From the NCBI GenBank assembly GCA_027346135.1, contig DAIESS010000002.1:1-61166 (forward strand): a DNA stretch of 61,166 bases, read 5' to 3'. The DNA is from Candidatus Saccharimonadota bacterium (GTDB lineage Bacteria > Patescibacteriota > Saccharimonadia > Saccharimonadales > UBA4665). Made by a program: the position numbers and the translations under genes. The notes below the pieces were generated by a model, which did not search any database, had not been told where the DNA came from, and worked only from the letters and a program-made list of their open reading frames with translations. This document shows positions 52,707 to 61,166 of the stretch, piece after piece; within the stretch, counting starts at the first letter, position 1; each line of letters opens with the position of its first letter.

Positions 52707-54230
52707 TTAATTTAGGGTCGGTTGTCGGTACTGGAGCGCCTCGGTAAGGTGCTCTGGCAAAATAGCTTCGCTTCCGGCAAGGTCGGCAATGGTTCGGGCG
52801 ACTTTGATGGTTCGCATGTAGCTGCGAGCCGAGATGTTGAGCTTCTCGGCGGCAGTATCAAGCAGGATTTTGGCTGCCGGATCTAAATTCGAAAATTGTT
52901 TAATTTGGCGGTTTGTCATGCTGCTATTTAAATGAGTACTTGTGCCAAAGCGTTTGGTTTGACGATCGCGCGCCCTGGCGACTCGATTTTTGGTGTGTTT
53001 GTCTTCATCTTCACTGGCGACATGAGTTATGAGCTTAGTATGTTCGACGTCGCTTACATTAGAAAAGATATCGATTCGGTCCATGATCGGTCCGGAAAGC
53101 TTTTGTTGGTAGTGTTGTATCTGATGAGGCAGGCAAGTACATGGTTTAGAGGTTCCGTAATAACCGCAGGGGCAGGGGTTAGCGGTTGCAATTAGTATGA
53201 AGTTGGCCGGATATTCGACAGTATCTTTGGCTCGTGCGACTGTAATTGTGCGGTCCTCAAGCGGTTGGCGAAGAGCTTCTAAGGTTGTGCGGCTGAATTC
53301 TGGCAACTCATCAAAGAATAAAACCCCGCGGTGGCTTAGACTGATCTCGCCTGGGCGCAAATGATGACCGCCGCCAATAACAGATACTGGACTAGCACTG
53401 TGATGGGGCGATCGAAATGGTCGTAAGGTAACGACCGTATCGTAAGCGTGAGTGACTAAACTATGCATATGAGTGACTTCCAGCATTTCCTCGTGGGTCA
53501 AATCCGGCATGATTGAGGGCAAGGCGCGTGCCAGCATACTTTTGCCAGTGCCCGGTGGCCCATTAAAAAGAACGTTATGACCACCTGCGGCGGCAATCTC
53601 CAGCGCTCGTTTGGCGTGTTGTTGTCCTACGATTTCGCTTAAAGATGAAGCGGGCTCGCTCGATCGGTTAATAGTAGGTGCGTGCTTGCCTTCGTTAGTC
53701 TCGATAATTTGTAAGCGGTCGGTATTCGTCAGGTGGTCATATAATGAGCGCAAGCTTTTAACGGGCAATAATTTAATGCCTGGTACCAGCAAGGACTGCT
53801 CAAGATTGCCGATGGGGATATAAAAGTGAGTCACGCCATGGCTGCGACCAGCCAATAGCTTACCGATGATACCGCGAACTGGTCGAACTGAGCCATCTAA
53901 GCCCAACTCACCAATAAATGTCGTGGTTTTGCCTGGTGCGGGCATGCTACTATTACTGGCTTGTATGATGGCCGCCGCCATACCCAGATCGAAACCGCTG
54001 TCGTCCTTGGGGATGTCGGCTGGGGCTAAGTTTATGGTAATTCGTTTGCGCGGCAATTGTAGTTGGCTGCTAGCAAAGGCGCCGCGGAGACGTTCTTTTG
54101 ACTCGTCGACGGCTTTTGTGGCGCTGCCGACAATCACAATTGCGGGAAGGCTGTTAGACAAATGGCATTCAATGTCGACAATGAGTCCGCTCGCTCCCGC
54201 ACTAATTAGGCTCTGGACCGTCCCGTGCAT
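52707..54230 (-). CDS. comM: YifB/ComM-family Mg-chelatase-like ATPase
   Basis: Lon-like N-domain, Walker A GPPGTGKSM, and an MCM-type AAA+ fold. Confidence 0.9.
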   Translation of the reverse strand: MHGTVQSLISAGASGLIVDIECHLSNSLPAIVIVGSATKAVDESKERLRGAFASSQLQLPRKRITINLAPADIPKDDSGFDLGMAAAIIQASNSSMPAPGKTTTFIGELGLDGSVRPVRGIIGKLLAGRSHGVTHFYIPIGNLEQSLLVPGIKLLPVKSLRSLYDHLTNTDRLQIIETNEGKHAPTINRSSEPASSLSEIVGQQHAKRALEIAAAGGHNVLFNGPPGTGKSMLARALPSIMPDLTHEEMLEVTHMHSLVTHAYDTVVTLRPFRSPHHSASPVSVIGGGHHLRPGEISLSHRGVLFFDELPEFSRTTLEALRQPLEDRTITVARAKDTVEYPANFILIATANPCPCGYYGTSKPCTCLPHQIQHYQQKLSGPIMDRIDIFSNVSDVEHTKLITHVASEDEDKHTKNRVARARDRQTKRFGTSTHLNSSMTNRQIKQFSNLDPAAKILLDTAAEKLNISARSYMRTIKVARTIADLAGSEAILPEHLTEALQYRQPTLN

Positions 54231-54261
54231 ATCGCCATTGTAACCCTAAAACTTAAAAATA

Positions 54262-54375
54262 AAATACCCCGGAACAAAACCGAGGCTTTAGGTCTCTTCA
54301 CGAAACAACGGCTTGCGAGAAGCCGTTGTTTACATAGTCATTTTTGTTTTTGAGCACTTTTTTTATTCAAGTGCT
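54262..54375 (-). ncRNA. candidate small RNA of about 115 nt
   Basis: Minus-strand promoter TTGACA-17-TAAGAT (54410-54382). Three hairpins, the last being CCTCGG..CCGGGG followed by TATTTTATTTTT. No ORF. Confidence 0.3.
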
Positions 54376-54512
54376 ACGCCTATCTTATAAATTACAAAAA
54401 CCTATGTCAATATGATTTATGGAAATCTTTTATTAAAGCTGTGCATAACTTAAGCGGCTTGGCAAAGCATAAAGGGATTGACATATTGACCGTTTTGCGC
54501 TAACATATTTTC

Positions 54513-54723
54513 AGTAAGTCAAAAACAAAAACAATACTTACAAAAACGGGAAACCGTATATCGCTCTAACCACCCTAAAAGTGGAAAGAGCGGTCAGTCA
54601 AGTCAGTGCCGGTAAGCGCTACAATAGTTTTTACATTACGAGCGGATTTACCGGCCTGGCACCAAATTTGCAGAATTATTAAAACTGAATCATCATCAGC
54701 CGTAGGGCCGGTGATGATTTTTT
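54513..54723 (+). ncRNA. candidate ncRNA of about 210 nt, unknown class
   Basis: Promoter TTGACA-17-TAACAT (54478-54506). Hairpins include CGCTCT..AGAGCG and GCCGGTAA..TTACCGGC. Terminator at 54688-54723. No ORF of 60 aa or more on either strand. Confidence 0.35.
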
Positions 54724-54740
54724 GTTAATATGGGTCTAGC

Positions 54741-55106
54741 ATGAGCATCAAATCAAATATTATTAAATATCGTCGATATTTCGCGCTGATTGTTGTCGAT
54801 GCGCTATTTTTCGGGCTTTTCTCGCCTGATGCCGATTCTTTTATAGTCATACCGGCCTTTTTATTGGTGATAGTGACTATATATATGACCATAGATCTAG
54901 TTTTAAGGGGTTGGATGCGTCTACTACCCCTTAAAAAGACGGTAAGGCAGTGGATTACCTTTATATTTACAGGTGGTCTGTCATTAATAATAGCCTTGCA
55001 GTCTATTGGGCAACTTACGACGCGTGATGTAATCACAATTGTGCCTTTAATTGCGCTATTGTATTTTTACTTGGCGTACAATCGTGGCGTGGCGTCTGGT
55101 CGCTAG
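54741..55106 (+). CDS. membrane protein (121 aa)
   Basis: Four hydrophobic helices. Confidence 0.5.
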   Translation: MSIKSNIIKYRRYFALIVVDALFFGLFSPDADSFIVIPAFLLVIVTIYMTIDLVLRGWMRLLPLKKTVRQWITFIFTGGLSLIIALQSIGQLTTRDVITIVPLIALLYFYLAYNRGVASGR

Positions 55107-55140
55107 TCTTTAGTGTGGCTAAAGTTGTATAATTATCACA

Positions 55141-55560
55141 ATGGAACCGACAGGTAGTAAAGAAAATAATAATTCGAATGGCATGGCGAATGATGTGCCG
55201 GGGCAGTTTTTGGGTGCGCCGGCACAAGGCTTTGGGCAGGCTTCGGCACAGCCTGGTTCGCCGGTTAGCTCGCCCGTTCCGACTATACCGAGCCCGTCAT
55301 TTTCGCCAGCATCTAATGGTGGCAACGGCTATCCTGCGATGGCCGGGTCTACTCCAAGTGTAGATCCAAACACAACAAATATTCAGGCATCTGACGAAAG
55401 CGTAATAACAGATAAAATGTGGTCTGAAAAAGTCAAAATTGTTGTAAATGAAACAAAAGGAAACCCCTTCATTAGGAGTCAGAAAATAGCGGCTTTAAAG
55501 TCTGAATATATAACCAAAACCTATGGCAAACGACTCGGCCAAAACGAGCAAAAATCATGA
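55141..55560 (+). CDS. hypothetical Pro/Ser-rich protein (139 aa)
   Basis: Stop codon overlaps the next start (ATGA). Confidence 0.45.
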   Translation: MEPTGSKENNNSNGMANDVPGQFLGAPAQGFGQASAQPGSPVSSPVPTIPSPSFSPASNGGNGYPAMAGSTPSVDPNTTNIQASDESVITDKMWSEKVKIVVNETKGNPFIRSQKIAALKSEYITKTYGKRLGQNEQKS

Positions 55561-58500
55561 CAACGATAGTAATTATTTTGATAATTTTGGGGTTGCTTGG
55601 AGCGGCCGGTTGGGTTGCTTTTGTGTACATAGAACGAGCCCTGCGGGACCGCAAAAATTATGAGCGCGGTCTTAAAATGGTGCCGTTACTAATACACCTG
55701 CCGCCGCCTAGTGACGATATTGATGGTGGCGGACGAGATCGCCGTGACGTTGTCGATGAGCATATATCTAAGGCGCAGGTTATATACAACATTATTGCCA
55801 GCACGCTGCAGAAAGGTTTTAAGACCCGCATATATGGTCAGCGCCACTTTGCTTTCGAAATTGTTGGCCATGATGGCTTTGTTTACTTCTATGCAGCCGT
55901 ACCGGTGCCTTTGGTTGAAGTGATCAAACAGGCGGTAATTAGTGCTTATCCAACGGCTCAGCTTGAAGAAGTAAGTGAGCACAATATTTTCAACCAGATC
56001 GGTAAACTAACCGGTACGGTAGGTGGTGAAATGGTTCTAAAAGAGCAGTTCGCATACCCTATTGCCACCTATCAAGATCTAAAACGAGATACACTACAAT
56101 CACTCTTGAACGCGCTTTCTACACTCGATAAGGAAGACGGTGCGGCTATACAGTTGCTGATACGACCGGCTGATTCTAGCTGGCGTAAAACTGCATCGGC
56201 AGTAGCTAGTAGCAAGCGCAAGGGCGAAGAATCTAAAAAAGGAATGAGTGCTGTAGGCTCAATATCCAAGCAGATTTTGATGGCGCCAGTTAAGCCGCCG
56301 GAAGAAAAGAAAGCTGATGCTCCGCCTAAACCGGAGCTTTCACATATGGACCAATCCATACTTGATGCGATCGACGACAAGACGCGATATCCGGGTTATG
56401 AGGTCTTGGTTCGGGTGGTTGTATCGTCCAATATATCGCAACGGTCTCAGGCAATTCTGAGTAATATCGTAGCGACCTTTTCGTTGTTCGACGCGCCCGG
56501 GAAGAACGGCTTCAAATATATACCGGCAAAAGATGTTGACGAACTTACATCGGATTATATCCTTAGAGTATTCCCGGCCGAGAACAAAAAGACAATTCTA
56601 AACTCTATTGAATTGGCGACACTTTTCCATTTTCCGGACCAAAGCAACGTGCCAACATCGCAACTTAGACGGCAAGAATCCAAGCAAGTTGATGGGCCGC
56701 GCAATATACCAGAAAAGGGTCTACTGCTGGGCTATAACATTTTCCGTGGCGTCAAAAAACCAATTCGTCTGGACCTAGGCGACAGGCAGCGACACATGTA
56801 TGTGGTTGGTCAAACCGGTACTGGTAAGTCGACCTTTCTGGAAAACTTGGCCTTGCAAGACATGCTAAACGGCAATGGTTTTGCCTTTGTTGACCCGCAT
56901 GGTGATACGGCCGAAAAATTGTTATCCATGGTTCCTAAAGAGCGGACCGAAGACCTTATTTATTTTTCGCCAGCCGACACTGACTTCCCGATGGGGCTTA
57001 ATTTGTTCGAGTTTCATTCACCGGATCAGAAAGATTTCCTTATACAAGAGGCTCTTAACATGCTCTATAAGTTGTATGACCCTCAACACCAGGGCATTAT
57101 GGGCCCGAGGTATGAGCACCTGTTCCGTAACGCCGCTTTGACGGTCATGGCCGACCCGGCCGGTGGTACCTTCGTAGATATCCCTAAGTTATTCCGCGAT
57201 CCGAAGTTTGTGCAGCAAAAGCTACAACACGTTAAGGACCAAACGGTCATCGAATTCTGGCAGAAGGAAATGCCACAGTCGCAAAGATCGAACGAATTTG
57301 GTGAAGTTGTTAGTTGGTTTGTGAGTAAATTTGGTGCATTCGTTTCTAACGAGATGATGCGTAATATTATCGGGCAGACAAAAAGTGCGTTCGATTTGCG
57401 CGACATTATGGACAACAAAAAAATCCTGCTAGTGAACCTGAGTAAAGGGCGAACAGGCGAACTTAATAGCAAATTGCTGGGTATGATTTTCGTAATGAAA
57501 TTCCAGGCGGCCGCTATGAGTCGTGCCAACATTCCGGAGTCTGAGCGGGTCGACTTTTCGTTGTACGTGGATGAGTTTCAAAACTTCTCGACCGATTCGT
57601 TTGCGACCATCATGTCGGAAGCGCGCAAGTATCACTTGAATCTTATTGTTGCGAACCAGTTTACGACACAGCTAACGACCGAGATCCGTGACGCGGTTTT
57701 CGGTAACATGGGTACGATCGTGTCGTTTAGGGTCGGTCAAAATGATGTCGAATCACTAGTTAAGTATTTCCAGCCGATATTCGAAAGTGACGACTTATTG
57801 AGGGTACCCAACTACAACACAATCATACGTACGCTGGTTGGCGGTGTACCGACGCAGCCTTTTAGTATGGCGACGTTACCGCCATTGGGTAACCCGAATG
57901 CCAAATTGGCTGATGCTCTAAAGCAGCTTTCTGCCGCAAAGTACGGCAAGCCACGAGCAGTTGTCGAAAAGGATATATTTGCTCGTATGGCAACGCAAGA
58001 AGCGCCCAAGCCAGCCTTTGGTGCTGAATTTGGTTCAGCAGCCAACAAGTCTCCTTTTGACTCGCCAAAAGCGCCTTGGGATACTCCTGCGAGGGCAACG
58101 GCGACGCCAACTACTGGCGGATCACGGCGACCATCATCGCCAGCACCAGCATCGAGTTCATCATTCCTTGACGAGTGGCTTAATAAGCGCAAGACGGTTA
58201 CACCGCCGCGTCCAAGCAATGGCGTAGCTGCATCCGAATCTACCGAAAAGCCGGCGCCAATGGTTGCCGTGCCGCAACCCTCGGCTCAGCCCCAGACTGA
58301 AAGTAAACGTGCTGCCGACCAACATGGTGCTGAAACAAAGAATATTTCCAGTGACGAAATTGAGCAGCGTGAGGTTAATAAAATAGCCGCAGAGTTGAAA
58401 CATCAACTTGGGCCAGTCGGTACTCAGCCGAAGAACTCGCCAAAACAGCCACCTAAACCCAAAGAGGATAAGCCAAAGCCGGATGAACCAAAACCTGCCA

Positions 58501-58631
58501 AGCCAGCTTTTTCAATCAGTGATTTGCAGCCGAAAAATAGCGCAGCGTCGAACCTGCCAAAGGATGACGCAAACGATACTATATATATAGATCAAGACGG
58601 CACATTGCATATCAAGCAAGACCAGCCATAA
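55557..58631 (+). CDS. VirD4/TraD/TrwB-like P-loop ATPase (type IV secretion coupling-protein-like) with a disordered Lys/Pro-rich tail
   Basis: N-terminal TM, Walker A VGQTGTGKST followed by FVDPHGD, and Walker B YVDEFQNF. Confidence 0.55.
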   Translation: MTTIVIILIILGLLGAAGWVAFVYIERALRDRKNYERGLKMVPLLIHLPPPSDDIDGGGRDRRDVVDEHISKAQVIYNIIASTLQKGFKTRIYGQRHFAFEIVGHDGFVYFYAAVPVPLVEVIKQAVISAYPTAQLEEVSEHNIFNQIGKLTGTVGGEMVLKEQFAYPIATYQDLKRDTLQSLLNALSTLDKEDGAAIQLLIRPADSSWRKTASAVASSKRKGEESKKGMSAVGSISKQILMAPVKPPEEKKADAPPKPELSHMDQSILDAIDDKTRYPGYEVLVRVVVSSNISQRSQAILSNIVATFSLFDAPGKNGFKYIPAKDVDELTSDYILRVFPAENKKTILNSIELATLFHFPDQSNVPTSQLRRQESKQVDGPRNIPEKGLLLGYNIFRGVKKPIRLDLGDRQRHMYVVGQTGTGKSTFLENLALQDMLNGNGFAFVDPHGDTAEKLLSMVPKERTEDLIYFSPADTDFPMGLNLFEFHSPDQKDFLIQEALNMLYKLYDPQHQGIMGPRYEHLFRNAALTVMADPAGGTFVDIPKLFRDPKFVQQKLQHVKDQTVIEFWQKEMPQSQRSNEFGEVVSWFVSKFGAFVSNEMMRNIIGQTKSAFDLRDIMDNKKILLVNLSKGRTGELNSKLLGMIFVMKFQAAAMSRANIPESERVDFSLYVDEFQNFSTDSFATIMSEARKYHLNLIVANQFTTQLTTEIRDAVFGNMGTIVSFRVGQNDVESLVKYFQPIFESDDLLRVPNYNTIIRTLVGGVPTQPFSMATLPPLGNPNAKLADALKQLSAAKYGKPRAVVEKDIFARMATQEAPKPAFGAEFGSAANKSPFDSPKAPWDTPARATATPTTGGSRRPSSPAPASSSSFLDEWLNKRKTVTPPRPSNGVAASESTEKPAPMVAVPQPSAQPQTESKRAADQHGAETKNISSDEIEQREVNKIAAELKHQLGPVGTQPKNSPKQPPKPKEDKPKPDEPKPAKPAFSISDLQPKNSAASNLPKDDANDTIYIDQDGTLHIKQDQP

Positions 58632-58709
58632 ACCGCCTAGGTCTAGTCGACGAGACCAAAAGCTGATCCTGGGGCAACTTGTGGTAGGGGTTGTTTTAAT
58701 CTATAATAG

Positions 58710-60722
<2,013 letters not shown>

Positions 60723-60723
60723 G

Positions 60724-61166
60724 ATGGACGACGAAAACAACACCCCAAACCAACCGATAGAGCCTGACGAAATTATTAAGCCCGAGACTCCAATGGAAGA
60801 GCGTCGCCGCAATACAACATTAGCGGCCGATGTGCTCGATTCCGGCCACTCACGGGCTGTCGAGCTCCGTACGGTCGAGAATGTCATGGAGGATAGCTAC
60901 TTGCGCTATTCCATGAGCGTTATCATTGACCGCGCCTTGCCCGATGTTCGTGATGGCATGAAGCCCGTGCACCGCCGTATTTTGTACACGATGAACCGCG
61001 ATGGTTTGCGTAGTAGCGCCCGCCACCGTAAATCGGCCACCGTTGTGGGTGCTGTGATGGGTGATTACCATCCTCATGGCGACAGCTCCATTTATGACAG
61101 TATGGTACGTATGGCTCAGGATTGGGCGATGCGTTATCCGTTGGTAAATGGCCAAGGTAACTTCGG
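60724..61166 (+). CDS. gyrA: DNA gyrase subunit A, N-terminal part (runs off the window)
   Basis: [38 protein letters not shown]. Confidence 0.95.
   Translation, partial: MDDENNTPNQPIEPDEIIKPETPMEERRRNTTLAADVLDSGHSRAVELRTVENVMEDSYLRYSMSVIIDRALPDVRDGMKPVHRRILYTMNRDGLRSSARHRKSATVVGAVMGDYHPHGDSSIYDSMVRMAQDWAMRYPLVNGQGNF

Overview
This 61-kb window is dense and mostly housekeeping. By gene content it looks like the chromosome of a small-genome, monoderm, host-dependent bacterium of the CPR/Patescibacteria type. My guess is Saccharibacteria/TM7-like, which is inference only because nothing could be searched. Supported content:
- About 70 protein genes: truB, rpsO-pnp, RNase J, ftsK, rpsF-ssb-rpsR, efp, tlyA, ychF, ndk, thrS, miaA, rpmB, rplT-rpmI-infC, comM and gyrB-gyrA.
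- Six tRNAs, RNase P RNA, and a T-box leader in front of thrS.
- A complete type IV pilus locus (about 25.5-36.4 kb) followed by a Xer-type recombinase.
- A VirD4/TraD-like ATPase.
- Many sigma70-like promoters that abut start codons, suggesting leaderless mRNAs.

The stand-out region is 19.85-22.75 kb. Two tandem units share the same promoter, a roughly 300-nt structured 5'UTR with a conserved uORF, the RBS/ATG, and a 3' hairpin module. They enclose unrelated, much GC-richer payloads: a 46-aa hydrophobic peptide in one, and a Thr/Pro-rich surface protein plus sortase in the other. Each payload is bracketed by a perfect 15-bp inverted repeat whose 15th base covaries pairwise. I read this as a candidate modular cassette locus (capture, phase variation, or an RNA clamp) carrying actinobacterial-like DNA. 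I know of no described system with this layout.

Secondary items:
- An atypical in-frame N-terminal extension on truB at the window edge.
- A four-gene insertion between truB and rpsO that includes a deaminase-like protein.
- An RNB-domain-only ribonuclease behind a leader-ORF/terminator.
- An Arg-type EF-P next to a nucleotidyltransferase.
- Several promoter-plus-terminator units with no ORF (candidate ncRNAs).

All calls come from reading the sequence and ORF track. No database search or folding program was run.
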